Assembly (NCBI GenBank): GCA_032718475.1
Contig: JAUCBJ010006059.1
Span: 17,727-81,726, forward strand
Reading direction: 5' to 3'
DNA from: Nemertoderma westbladi
Taxonomy: Eukaryota; Animalia; Xenacoelomorpha
Length of the DNA: 64,000 nucleotides
The notes under the pieces were generated by a model. The model was not told the DNA's origin. It was given only the letters and a program-made list of their open reading frames with translations, and searched no databases. Positions within the stretch are counted from its first letter, which is position 1. The number at the start of each line of letters is the position of its first letter. Position numbers and translations under genes: made by a program. Shown one piece after another: positions 1 to 12,962 of the stretch.

Positions 1-1019
1 TGGAGTATTATTTATATTCAAGAATAATCCCCTACTACACTGCAGCTCAATTAAAGCACGGGTCACACATGTGCTTTCAACTAAAAGATACTGTAGAACA
101 CATTATAGCCTTAGAGACGTCGCAGTCCACTTATATCGATGGCACCATCATGACGAACAGTCGTATTCATGTTTTGATGATTTTGAGAAAATGGCGTTTG
201 AAAATTTTTAGTTTTTTAATTATGCATAACTTGCAATCAACGTTATAAAACCGCTTCATATTTTATTGTAACAGCAATTTTGATGAGGGCTTTCAGAAAA
301 AAAATATTTTTTTTTATTTGAATAGTATGACGTCATGTAATGACGCCATATTTGAAATACGCCGTTTCGTCAAAAAAAATATCAAGGGCTTTTGCCAAAA
401 GAAGTCAAGTAGTATATTTTTACTTATAGCATAAGCCCGGTTCACAATGGAGCAATAAGGTCCTCCATTGTAATTCTGAATATAATTAATTATAGTTTTT
501 CTAAAATTAGAAACGATTATTTGTTCTTATTTGTATTACTGGGTCTAAGACCTTTAATCCTTCCTTAAAACTTGTTTCTTCATTGTGAACAACTACTGTA
601 CCAATTTATTATTCCCTATTGCTCCATTTCCTTCAAGCTTTTTCCATGAAGGAGCGGGAGATTCAAATCTTTGTATTTGTATTTGGATAATCATTATTAA
701 TTAGTCTACCTTACTACAGGCAGTACCGGTACTTACAACCCAAAAGAGCCTATATAGGGTTGAACTTGTAAGTGAACCGAGCAAAACGAGAGCGAAACTT
801 TTTCTAACACATTTCTTTGCTAACGGTAATAGCTACCAGTAAGAGTTGCCTTGAGGCCTACAGGTACCGATACAGTTCTGGTGCTGCACTATAGTAGGCT
901 TTCAAAAGTAAATATGCTATACCAGTACTATCAGTCTATATCAGATAGAGTATAATAGTTTAGCCACCCCATTTTTTTGTCAGTTCCCTATTTTTGCTAC
1001 CGGTATCTAAACATCCTGT

Positions 1020-2201
1020 GTGAAATTTCAACGAAATTTGTTAGGATCAAAAAATTATAGCTCAATACTCGCTATCCATCACCCAAAGAAAAATTTGTGC
1101 GGTCTTTGCGAAACGCACCGTAGTGCTGTAAAGACCCAAAATATTGTTGGTGGTGAGATTAATGCTGCGCTGAAAGAAGAGTACGAGCAGCACACTAGTG
1201 AAAAGTTGAAATATAGAGAGATAAAAGAGGATTTAACAAAAAGAGCAAAAGCTGATGAATGTAACCAAATCGCCGCTACTTCATTTGACCTTGAGCAGGT
1301 CATTTACCTTCCAAAATCCAACAGGGCGGAAATCTTTTATAAGAGACGTTTAGCAAATTATAATTTTACAATATATAATCTGGCTTCAAAAGAGGTACAT
1401 TGCTAGTTGTGGTATGAGGCAGTCGCTCAGCGGGGATCGAATGAAATCTCATCATTTCTTAATAAGTGGCTTCATTTCCAATATGGTAGGGGAGTGGCAG
1501 ACATTAAACTGTTTGCAGATGGATGCAGCGGCCAGAATAAGAACTCGATTTTGCCTCCTATGTTTCGTGAATTCCTAGTGAATTTGAAGAAAGCAGAGAG
1601 TGTTCATCTAATTATATCTGTGCCAAATCTTGGTCAATGTGAAGGGTACTCAGTCCATGCTTGTGTGGAGAGGGCCATGAAGCGCTGTGGGGATATTATG
1701 CTTCCATCACAGCTTATACCTGTAATTAAGTTGAGTAGAAATAAACCGTATAATGTAATAGAAGTTACTAGTGATGATATAAACGATTTCAAGGAGTATT
1801 CCAGATCTCTTGGAATCTTAAAGACCAGAGAGAGTGACAATGGGGTGAATGTCAATTGGCCTTCAATTTGCCAAATATTGGTTAAAAAGGTAGACCCAGA
1901 GAAAATTTACTTCAAGAATATGCATCAACAACCGGAATTTGATGCCATTACTCTTCCCAAAATTCGAGAAAGAATATATATTTCAGCTATAGCTAAAGCA
2001 TATACTTCAGCTCCACGATTGGCTACAGGAAAGTATGATGACCTCGTTTCGCTCTGTACTGGTAATACACCAGTGATACCCGCCGTGTATTCGCAATTTT
2101 ATCTTTCCCTTCCACATCATAATTCAACAAACATATTGGAAAACTTAACAACAAGTACTCATACTAATCTTATGAATGTTTATTATGAATTTTTATATTA
2201 A
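1020..2201 (+). pseudogene. Sola-type DDD transposase remnant with in-frame stop
   Basis: Contiguous same-frame ORFs 1020-1406 and 1407-2201 separated by one TAG; motifs SFDLEQ, FYKRRL..YNFTIY, WYE..AQRGSNEI, FADGCSGQNKN, HACVE. N-terminus missing. Confidence 0.8.
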
Positions 2202-2789
2202 ATTTTTTTTTATAAGCAATCAACATATTCATATCAAGCAACCTATATAAAATATAGATTGTATGTATAACCCTTCACCCACACACATAATTATAAATAA
2301 TTGATTAATTATACTAATATTTACATAATTATAAAAACAGATTGACTTATGGATCTAATACTGCCCAGCAAGGTCGTTGCCGCGCAATCCCGCACCGTCG
2401 CCGAATCCCAAGCATCGCCATGGGCGACGACCGCCTCGGAGGCAGAGGGAGCTAGACCGGAGGAGAGCGAACTGTTCAATCTTATGAATTAACTCAATAT
2501 TCATTGAAGGAAAAGTAATTAAATAATATTGTTCTCTATAATTCTTAAAATATTTTACATTCAGAAGAAAACAATTCATTGTTTTCCATTTATACGGGGG
2601 GCGGGGGGGGGGGGGGGGGGTGGGGGTCGAGGGCGAATCAACAATGTCAATTTTCAATTTAGGGAAAGGAACAGGTTCCTGTGACCGGTTATTCTAACCA
2701 GCACAACAATAATCGAAAGAGAAGTTACAGTTTCATTTTTGCTTCTAATAAGCTGTTATTTCCATCGATTTTCCCCTGGATAGTTAAAT

Positions 2790-2925
2790 GTTGATCTTCT
2801 GGGGGGATAAATAAAAGTGTTGTATAATGAGAGTATTTAATATTGGAAGTAAGTGTGGCATCCTCTCTGCCTTATATTAACAGCCAAGAGAGCGAGAGTG
2901 GAGCCTTTGGATTGCCTTTGGTGTT
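2790..2925 (+). mobile_element. SINE 3'/core fragment inside the Sola element
   Basis: GTGGCATCCTCTC..CAGCCAAGAGAG..GAGCCTT resembles 10484-10530 of the tRNA-derived SINE. Confidence 0.4.
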
Positions 2926-3644
2926 TTGTGTTTCACGTCCAACAATAACTTTATTACTTTACAATATGAGCAGTGTTGTACCCACCCACTTGCATAAATA
3001 AATGTATCATAAATTTTCTGTCAAGTTCAACTCTACTCTCATTGTTTTAGGCAAATTAGTTAATATTGCATATTGAAATATAAATAAAACATCAATATAA
3101 CAATATTAGTAAGGTTTCTTACATTTTAGTTCATATTTTTATAAACATTAATAGGTCGTATTACAAGATAATCATTGACTAACTTTTTGACGAACAGACG
3201 TTTTGGAAAATTTTTCGTATACGACCTTTCGTCAAATTAAAATTATTTAGAAATACCATATAAGGCCGTTTGCTTTTTACTGTATAGTGTTTAATACTGA
3301 AGATATGAATACGACCTTTTGTCAAAACATAGTTCCACCTTTTATGAACTCAAATACCCAATAAAGTCAAAATCGCAAAAATTGCCAATACGACTGTTCG
3401 TCAAGATGCCATCGATATAATGTACTAGTCCTATGTTTTACCTAACTTGAAAGTTGAACGCTGGCATTTCTTATTATCATCCTCCCAAAACTATACCAAC
3501 TACGCTTATTTATCTACTGAATATTGCGCAATTCTCTGTTGTATTGCAATATAATAATAGCTTTAGTTGAATGTTTATGTGTGAACCAGGACGTAGTTAT
3601 TTGAATGTTGAAAGCTACTGTGATCCGGCCTAATATAGCTTTGT

Positions 3645-4056
3645 GTACTTATCAACAAAATTGCGCCGCCACAACTCCCTATCCCCCATGACTTTCGCGA
3701 GATTGTCCATATCTTTAAGGCCAGTGTACTTTAGAGGCGTTTCATGAAAATCATGGGATGCCCTCCATACTTATTCTGTTATGGTTAATGAGGACCAGTT
3801 GTGCACATGAGTTTGCCCTCACGGCGAAATAAATAACCTGCGCAGTGGAGGCTGCTCCGTTCAAGTGTCAGACTTCAAGGAATTAACGATACACCTCCGA
3901 GCTGTATACGGTATTCATTGTACCGGTACTTGACACAGTTAACCCAACGTAGCATTCTTGTGTATGTGCCATACCGAGATTTGGTGTCATCACCAGTTAG
4001 AGCACATCATGTCTCACATATAAGAGTACTGGTACTACTGCTGCTCTAAATAATCG
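3645..4056 (-). mobile_element. 5'-truncated RTE-like LINE 3' end
   Basis: Similar to 42705-43129 and, in reverse complement, to 10611-11030. Confidence 0.8.
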
Positions 4057-5816
4057 AATCGCGAGATTTCGCTTTATTCTATGGGGCTTTCAAATTCTCA
4101 ACATGGACTGCCCAGTGCCCATTCAATACATTCATTCCCCTTAGGTATCCGAAGAGATATTTCTGATCCCAAGATCCCGTTTCATTTGTGAAAATAATGC
4201 TATATATTATTTTATCCTGCAATAAATAATTATATAATTAAAATCCGTTCTTATTAATACTGTGTTGTGTATTCATGGACACTTCCCAATGCGTAATGAA
4301 ACACAAACAACGTCTCGCATTACATCATGTCACTTCCGTTCCTTAACGCGCCCCCAATCATATTGTGGATTCCTTTCTTGAATATTATTACTGTCCTCCA
4401 TTCCTAGTGTCGGTTTACCATTCCAGTGAGTCAGTTTCCTTTGAATCGATGCGACGTGACTATTCAATAACGCTCCAGCGATACGGCGTTACGGATTAGG
4501 GTCCAATGCCCCGGATTTGGAGTATAACGCTACGAGCGACCGCGGCTATGGATTATTAATGAGAGGCGGACGGTATCGCTGGCGTGCGCAAATAATTCCA
4601 CGCCTAATCTTGGCACAGCTCTCTAAACCGGCGTATTTTCCCTTGAGATCTCAACTGATTAAATGCACTTCCACGATTTGCCATCGGGAACAAAACCTCC
4701 CATCGGTTGACATTATATACAAAATACATGAGCGATTGATCTCAGGTAATTGAAGGTAGGCCTTGGCATAAAATCAAGATACAGCAGCGCAAATCCAACC
4801 TTATATTGTATTATCATTGAGCGATAAGGTCTCTCTTGCTTAGGGGTATTATATAATTCACCCATGATAGTGGAGGTCCAATGTGGCAGCACCCTGTTGC
4901 TGTACCTATACTGCACAGTCTCTCAATTGATTTTATAAATTGCTGGCGCTGTTTTCTAAACTGCGATATGGAATAGAAGCCCCGTGATTGACAACGGGGA
5001 GCCCTCTTTGACCCAGCGGTAGGTTGCAGCTTCAATCTATAGCGGTGGCTATGTCACCCGATATGAGCCAACCATAAGAGAGCCATGCCACTATGGTTTT
5101 GATTGATTTGCTCAATTTGAATCCATATACCTTTTTGTACGCAATGTATTACGCATAATTTTGTGGGTGGGATAGCTGACGAATTGCCAGCTACTAACAA
5201 GTCCACCCGTAAACAAATCCTTCTTCGAACGAACTGGAATTTCACTTAGCAAAACGAGCTGAGTGCTGAGTCCATCCCTACTTCAATGATTCAACCAATG
5301 GCTGTTTCGGGATTTTGCTCAACAAATGATATATATCTATGCTCTGGAATAACTGAATTTAAGAACCTCATATCATATTCAGTGTATGGTGAAAGTATTT
5401 CACATGTTTTCATATTAGGAGAAGTGTTGCTGATAATTCTTGATCGATTAACACCACTTCTCTAACTAAAATACAATTTTCCAGTTTCATCAAACTAGCT
5501 CTCGAGTTAATTTCCTATTTATCGTAACAGTAGGGAAGCTGACAGTTAATTTACCTTTCATCAGGTCCATTTCGCAAAATATTAAAACCATTGTTCGTAT
5601 ATTGCAGAAATTTGATTGCTATATTGATCCCTATAAATCAGCTGAAAGTCTAACTATTTCAAATCTTTTACCTACAAGGATCATTTACTTTATTTAATTA
5701 TTGTTTTCGCTACTAATTCAATAATTTAAGTGTAACTATTATATTAAGTTTTTGTTTAACATATGTGTTCTAAGTATTTCATATATTGGCTTTGATATTG
5801 TTTTCAAATGGTATAA

Positions 5817-6235
5817 TATTAAATCCTTGTATATACATTATAAGTGATAGAAACTGCACAAATTAAATTAGTTGCTGTATAAATAAATGTAAAAATGACA
5901 TAAATTATGTTATAAATAAGTTAGCTTATATTTATGGTGGCGTTTGGAGCCATGTTATAATAATATAGCTAGGCCCTACTGGTTATTAATAGCTATACCC
6001 CGCCTACCGGTAGGTAATGCAGTAGGCCTATCTGGCTGTCAGGCAAATACCACCTATTGTTTACGTGGTAACCAATGACGGCGTTAAGTAATGTCCGCCC
6101 GCTAACGGGACATTAATTAACTACTAGCACCAAATACAATACTAAATGTACAGGTACACGCCAATATAATGCTGTAATGTCCTCTAAATAACAAATCGCT
6201 GTTAATATTAACGGCGTTGAGTAATGTTACAATTA
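5817..6235. repeat. Dispersed repeat, inverted copy at about 25378-25745
   Basis: CCGCCTACCGGTAGGTAATGCAGTAGGCCTATCTGGCTGTCAGGCAAATACCAC and flanks recur as the reverse complement at about 25548-25605. Confidence 0.8.
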
Positions 6236-6719
6236 TAAATTTAAGTATTATAATGCAAGGTTTTATACAACATAGTATTTATTAAATACTAACTTTTTAG
6301 AAGTCCGTGGTATAATGATAATGTAATGTCAACTGTGATCAAAGACAGTAATAATTCTAAAATACTTCTAAAAGACACATTAAATTATTGCAAAAATTCA
6401 CCTAATAAATAATAATTATTGGCCTTTATTGATCTCTAGTCGCTGCAGCAACGCTTTGTGAGATTAATTATAATGATCGATTAATGTAATTCCTCACCCT
6501 GAGCATGATTAGCAGTATGATTGATTATTAATAATATTTGATCAATCATAATATTTTAGTTAACTAATCTTCTAAAAATATTGATTTTTATTTATTTGTA
6601 TTTATTTTACACTACCATACACCATGCCCTGCAGTGTACAACCTGCCCCCTTCCATATTTTTCTACAAAATCTTAATGAGATTGCGTGAGATTTGAAATA
6701 AAGATACTTTCACTCATCG

Positions 6720-8447
6720 TTTTGCACCTGCTCGAGGCTATTTCATTCTATTAAATATAAACACCATATTCTATAACATTTTGTTTATGTATATTAATAG
6801 CTACACGAAGTGGGGCCTTCGCGCAGCACGTGAAATGAGTTAATGCTAAGTATCAACTCGAAAGGATTATAAAAACATAGGAGAAGATTTTCCCGGAAAA
6901 CGTTAACCCTCTAGCGGGAGACTGGGTAACTGAAGAAGGAAGGATTAGTTTCCCTACAAAGCCACATCCTATGGTCTATTACATATCTACCAAGTTTCCG
7001 ATTGACGGATCATAAATAACGAAATGTTGGAAGGTTTTCACTTTCATACATTTAGCCCTCTAGCGGCATATTAAAGAACTACGGATCGATCACCTTCCTC
7101 ACAAAGACGAGGCATGTGGTCTAGTACATACCGGTACTGTATATTCCAAAATTCAGCTTAAATAGATTAAGATCAAGGAATTCGCAAAGGTTATCACTTT
7201 CCTACATTTCGCCCTCTAGCGGCAGACTCGAAAACTCCGGACCGATTACTGTCCACACAAAGACTTAGGATGTCTTCTAGTACATATATGACAAGTTTCA
7301 GCGTAATCAGATCATAAACAACTAAATGGAAGAATAATTTCACATTCGGGACATTTCGCCCTCTAGCGGCAGACTGGAGAACTGCAGACAGATTAGCCTC
7401 CTTTGAAATTTACAGCTAATGGTCTAGTACATACTTCCCAAGTTTCAGCTTAAACGGATTAAAAGCAAAGAAATGGGTGGCCATTTAATGTTTAGACATG
7501 TGGCCCTCTAGCGGGAGACTGGAAAACTTCGGACCGATTACAATCCACACAAAGACTCAGGATGTCTTCTAGTACATATATGACAAGTTTCAGCGTAATC
7601 AGATCATAAACAACTAAATGGAAGAATAATTTCACATTCGGGACATTTCGCCCTCTAGCGGCAGACTGGAGAACTGCAGACAGATTAGCCTCCTTTGAAA
7701 TTTACAGCTAATGGTCTAGTACATACTTCCCAAGTTTCAGCTTAAACGGATTAAAAGCAAAGAAATGGGTGGCCATTTAATGTTTAGACATGTGGCCCTC
7801 TAGCGGGAGACTGGAAAACTTCGGACCGATTACAATCCACACAAAGACTCAGGATGTCATCTAGTACATATATGACAAGTTTCAGCGTAATCAGATCATA
7901 AACAACTAAATGGAAGAATAATTTCACATTCGGGACATTTCGCCCTCTAGCGGCAGACTGGAGAACTGCAGACAGATTAGCCTCCTTTGAAATTTACAGC
8001 TAATGGTCTAGTACATACTTCCCAAGTTTCAGCTTAAACGGATTAAAAGCAAAGAAATGGGTGGCCATTTAATGTTTAGACATGTGGCCCTCTAGCGGGA
8101 GACCATTGCACTGATGGTGTCTGAAAGTCTCTCAAAAATCTCAACTTTTGCTCATATTGATACCTACAAATTTTCAACTTGGCAGCTTTAAATCCGACAA
8201 AGTTATTAGCATGTCAAAATCGTAACGACGACGACAACGACGACGACGACAACGACGACGACGACAACGACGACGACGACGACGACGACAACTATTTGCA
8301 TAAATTGACCCACCCCCTAACAGTGTCAATTCGCTAAGGCTCCGCCAACTTCGTGGCTCGCCCCACATAATAGTATGATTAAAGAAAATGTTCCAGAATA
8401 TGGTATATTTATTAAAAAGAATAAAATAGCCTTACGCAGGTGCAAAA
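6720..8447. mobile_element. Foldback MITE arms (6720-6787 and 8380-8447) with a HINE inserted in the loop
   Basis: TTTTGCACCTGCTCGAGGCTATTTCATTCT..ACCATATTCT versus AGAATATGGT..AGAATAAAATAGCCTTACGCAGGTGCAAAA; another family member at about 41833-41953. Confidence 0.6.
6803..8367 (-). mobile_element. Helentron/HINE (DINE-1-like) non-autonomous element with internal ~146-bp tandem repeats
   Basis: Terminal module TGTGGGGCGAGCCACGAAG, (GTC)n microsatellite, eight monomers anchored by CCCTCTAGCGG; near-identical copy at 26397-27669. Family assignment is from architecture only. Confidence 0.75.
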
Positions 8448-8703
8448 CCATGCAATTTTCGAACGCCCATATCTCAGCTATTTTACGACGAAATTCAGAT
8501 TGTGTTAGATATTTGGTTACATAAAATTATTTTAATTCGAATTTTACTGATTTTACCGGAATAATTTATATATAATTTATAATTTCCCCGCTATCATTCC
8601 TAACGTAACGCTATAAAAGTGTTATTTTATGAACAATGACAAGGTTTCAACATCATCAAATCAAATCATTGAATATGGTTGGACGACATGGACGTAATTC
8701 ATT

Positions 8704-8973
8704 TGTGGGGCGAGCCACGAAGTGAGCGAAGCTTTAGCATATGGGTGCCATTGGCGAGTTGTCTGTCATCGTCGTCGTCTGTCGTCGTCGTAAATTTTTG
8801 ATCGCTAATAACTTGGTTATTCCTTGATGAAATTAAACGACACTTGGTACGTATGTAAAGGAGGACGAGTATTGTGTTGAAGAGTTCTGACTAACGGCAG
8901 GCAACTCGTTAATGGTACCCATATACTAAAGGCTTTGCTCACTTCGTGCTGCACAAAGACCCCACGAACTTGT
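8704..8973 (+). mobile_element. Short HINE-like element
   Basis: Same TGTGGGGCGAGCCACGAAG start, subterminal inverted repeat CACGAAGTGAGCGAAGCTTTAG / CTAAAGGCTTTGCTCACTTCGTG, (GTC)n, 3' hairpin TTCGTG..CACGAA. Confidence 0.7.
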
Positions 8974-9836
8974 ACCATTTGTATGTTAACATGAGCGAGG
9001 GAACCTAAACACTCCGAGAAAGGGGGGGGGGCTCTAATGAAATCTCCGGCTAATTAATATATTAAATTAAGGGAAAGGAGTGAGCATGTTACAGTTGCGT
9101 GTTATACTACAACATAACCAAACAACAAACGTGAGCCAAGATACAACGAGAGTCTATTACACATAACCTAAACAATAAATGTAAGTCAATTACAATTAGT
9201 TTGAGTTTCATTTTGTTCGTAATATGCTTATTGCGTCGAGTTCCTCTCACGAACTGTAATATCAATACCAAGTTACACAGCGGCCTAACTGCTGGTCACT
9301 GAATTACTGTATAGTACAATAATACACATAAATAAGTAAACCAAGCACGGCCATTGCTGACTTAGATTATGAATTCATAATGAGAATAGCATAATAACAT
9401 TGGGTTACTCAGTCCATTTACTTGATTCTACCATGTAAATAACCTAATTAGGCTACTTTGGTTTATTTTATGATCTTTTCCCTGAACTCCAGGGTTCATG
9501 CCACTCTGCCTGGCTTTGGCCAGTAATTACATCCTATAAAGACAACATGTGGGTTATGACGGAACAAACTGTTTATTTGAAGAACGGCCTCTCATACATA
9601 CATAATATCTCACTCCCAAGGGGTAATAATACCCTCCCATTATCTACATAAGCCCACAACTATCAAATTATTTACATACATTATGTTTGATTTGATTACT
9701 TCAGGATAATTATTATTACTTTATAATATACTAATATATATATATATAATATAATATATACACGTATACACAAATTACTTGGCTGACTATTCCGAATTCA
9801 CAATGTACACGTGCTTTCGAGAAGGCCACATATCAG

Positions 9837-10009
9837 ACACGTTCGTGGGGTCTTCGCGCAGCACGAAGTGAGCAAAGCCTTTAGCATATGGGTACCAGTA
9901 ACGAGTTGTCTGCTGTTAGTCAGAAGTCCTCAACACAATATTCGTCCTCATGTTTTGCCTCGTTGCGTTTGTTCGTTTTTGTCGAAACTTCAGATTTTTC
10001 TAAACTTTT

Positions 10010-10040
<31 letters not shown>

Positions 10041-10112
10041 GACGACGACGACAGACAACTCGTTAATGGCACCCAATGCTAAGGCTTCGCTCACTTCGTG
10101 GCTCGCCCCACA
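9837..10112 (-). mobile_element. Short HINE-like element, inverted relative to 8704-8973
   Basis: Same terminal modules and (GAC)n tract in reverse orientation. Confidence 0.7.
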
Positions 10113-10269
10113 ATAATATAACCTTCAAGATTCAAGAATTTCTAAACACGCTTTCGATACAAACAAAATTCATCACTTAAAAAATAATTACAGTAAATAT
10201 TTACCGGTAGGCCTACAGTAAAATTTTTTATAACCTAATTAATTTTAGGAAGGGAATGGTTGCTGATGT

Positions 10270-10545
10270 GTCGTTGTGTGCGAGTGGATATTTCGCCTGA
10301 ACTGTTTTCACAATAGTGTTTGGCGGTGTAGGTTCAAATCCGACTAAAGCCTGTATAAATTTCGCACATTAGTGCTTTATGCACTAATGGGCAAACCCTG
10401 CGGTGGAATGGGAACTTATACTGGGGGAGTAAAGAAAGGGTTTGATAGTTATGGAGTGTTCAGGTTCTCCCTTGGGAGTTAATGTGGCGCCCTCTTATTA
10501 CTGTACGTAGCCAAGAGAGTTGAGCCTTCTGTGGCCTACTTTGAA
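10270..10545 (+). mobile_element. tRNA-derived SINE
   Basis: A-box-like GTGCGAGTGG and B-box GGTTCAAATCC, no intact cloverleaf, downstream core shared with 2790-2925. Confidence 0.5.
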
Positions 10546-10610
10546 AAACTTTGATAAAGCCTCATACCAAGAAGACCAATCATAGTCTACTGTAAGGCAC
10601 ACTCTATTAA

Positions 10611-11043
10611 CGATTATTTAGGACAGCAGTAGTTGTACCAGTACTCCTCTGTAGGAGTGGACTGCTAAGGACACCAAATCTCTGGATGGCACATTCACAA
10701 GAATGCTACGTCGGGTTCACTGTGTCAAGTACAATTCACACATCTCCAATCAGACACTATATAACATTGGATGTGCCTCATTGGTCCCCCCAAGGTTGAC
10801 GCTAGAACAAAGCCGCCTCCGCTTTGCAGGACATTGTTTTCGCCGCGAAGACCAGCTTGTGCACAATCTTGTGCTTTGGCAGCCCCATGGAGAAAATAAG
10901 CATGGTGGACAGCCCATGACTTTCGTGAAACGCCTCCTAAATGACACTGGCCTTTTAGATGAGGATAATCTCGCGAAAGTCATGGGTGATAGGGAGTTGT
11001 GGCGGTGCAATTTTGTTGATAAGCCGGCATAATAGTAGTAGTA
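10611..11043 (+). mobile_element. 5'-truncated RTE-like LINE 3' end with (TAG)n tail
   Basis: ORF 10703-11032 RLRFAGHCFRR..LVLWQP is typical of the RTE C-terminus; ends GCCGGCATAATAGTAGTAGTA. Confidence 0.8.
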
Positions 11044-12360
11044 ACGAAGAACAAAGACACTTGTAAGACTCGGAATTTAAACTTTATGTCTGTATAGAAA
11101 CTTAAGCCTACTTTTACATAAGTTTCGAATAATTATTTCCAAGGTGCTTTATCCAGAACCAACCATCTTTTCTATACCGCGTCTAAATCTTTCAATACGT
11201 TTTTATTTACTATCGTATGAACAATACCATTACCAGCTTCAAACTACTTTTTCATTTGGAACCAAAAAAATTCAGTTTTACCGAAGTGAATGGTTAGCTT
11301 TTTAGTTTTTATCAACCAAAACTCATTACAGCATTCTAGTACAGCTTTACTTTAAGTTAACTTTTGCGAAACAAAGACAACAAAATCTTTGTGAGAGAAA
11401 ATACGAGCACTATCACCGACATAAAAGATGAGTTTTAAATCGGGATCTATACTACTTATCATAACATATCATACAAAAAGCAGAGGGCCTAATATGTATA
11501 ATTCAGTCTAAATGTAAAATCAAACGAACATGTAGTAATATAGTAAAGTGAAAGGATACACCACCTGCAGCAGCAGGGTAGCGGCGATTAAATGTAAGTA
11601 AAGTGAAACAAGCTGTGCTGGGTCAGATGCACACAACATGAGCTCATTATATATCAGTTGTAATCTAATCTATAGATTATGGATCCACCCACACCAGCCG
11701 CCCATATATTGGTAGACGAATACACTTACTGTACTATGCAGAGCGCTGTGTAGGCCTACTGTCAATATAAATTGTATATCGCATTATAGATTATATACAG
11801 TATAGTCTAATAACCATAATAATAATTATATAATAACAACATAAGCAGCCAATTACCTATCATTAATTTAAATGAAAATTTTAAGGATATGTAGTAATTA
11901 TTTGTAAATAAATTATTATATTTATTTGATTTATTGTTAAATTTTTAAATAGACGCCCCCACGCGGGGCAAATGGAAATTTTTATTTCAAATATAATTAA
12001 AATTAAAATATGTCAGTGTACATGTACATATGCGAAATGTAGAAAACTAGCTGCATAATAAATCAAGTTAAAACGGAAGGTTAAAAGTAAATTATATGTC
12101 GATCAATGTTTTATTATTTGATTTAATATTAATTTATATAATTATTGAATTTATTTATATTCATATAACTGGTTAAATACTGACGAAGATACTTTTTTCA
12201 AACGCTTGTAGCTAAAGAATGGAAGCAAATTAAAAACGCTGACTCACCCGCGGAGGAGGAGTGAGGTGAAACTACAGTATGTAACTATGTTTCAAATGTC
12301 ATGTAATATCATTACGAATTGTAGAAAGTAAAGAAAAATTTTGTTTTTAGTATTTTGTTT

Positions 12361-12519
12361 TGTATGCAATGTGTAGTATGCTACACGTATACACCATGCC
12401 TAAAATATAGTGTCTTTATTCAGATATCCGAATATCACAGATATCGCAGATATCTGAATAAAGACACTATTTTTAGGCATGGTGTATTCGTGTAGCATTC
12501 TATGTACTGCATGCATACA
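12361..12519. repeat. Long palindrome (hairpin MITE) upstream of the KChIP start
   Basis: TACACCATGCCTAAAATATAGTGTCTTTATTCAGATATC is mirrored by GATATCTGAATAAAGACACTATTTTTAGGCATGGTGTA. Confidence 0.85.
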
Positions 12520-12672
12520 TAAGGTGTCAACGACGTTGCGTTTCAGCAATACTATTAAGAAAATATTAATTGCACAATAAGTATAAGTATAAGTAGTGCA
12601 CTTGCTCTACAACTGCAGTAGTATCATTAGTCAATAATCTCAAACTTATCTACTGTGTATTGTTTGGTTGTT

Positions 12673-12962
12673 ATGGCAACTACAAGTCGAACCTCCATGA
12701 GCAGCAACAGTAGCGACGATTCCAGAACAATCCACTCATCAAGTCAACTGAGCGAGATCGATCCTGCAGAGTGCCGTTGGGGGTTCCTCAACAGATTTCA
12801 GGGCGACCGCTGGAGGGACAACTGCGTTGCTAAATGGTTTCACGACTTTATCTACCCCCCGCCCGAAACAACGTCCCTGGATGACTTCGAGATAAAGTCG
12901 CCATGCCAACGGTCACGTCCTGGGAGCATCGACGACCTCGTCAAGGCAACGAGGTTGACCAG
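12673..12962 (+). CDS. KCNIP: Kv channel-interacting protein (KChIP/NCS family), first coding exon
   Basis: ATG 12673 (12698 is an alternative); ..RPGSIDDLVKATRLT matches KChIP RPEGLEQL..TKFT; donor AG|GTCAGT in phase 2 joins exon 2. Confidence 0.75.

Larger units (their letters stand above)
137..3414 (+). mobile_element. Sola1-like DNA transposon, defective
   Basis: TIRs CGATGGCA..TGACGAACAGTCGTATT at 137 and its reverse complement ending at 3414; ATAT on both flanks (133-136, 3415-3418), matching the AWWT target duplication of Sola1; subterminal ATACGACC/TTTCGTCAAA motifs near 357, 3218, 3309; transposase remnant inside. Confidence 0.8.

Noticed and set aside
2356-2378. miR-8/miR-200-like TAATACTGCC
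   Set aside because: No complementary 5' arm to form a precursor hairpin.
8174-8368. Protamine-like Arg/Cys ORF (also 27476-27682)
   Set aside because: Translation of the (GTC)n microsatellite in the HINE elements.
10270-10350. Functional tRNA gene (also 41995-42070)
   Set aside because: A and B boxes are present but there is no intact cloverleaf, and the sequence continues into repeated SINE body.
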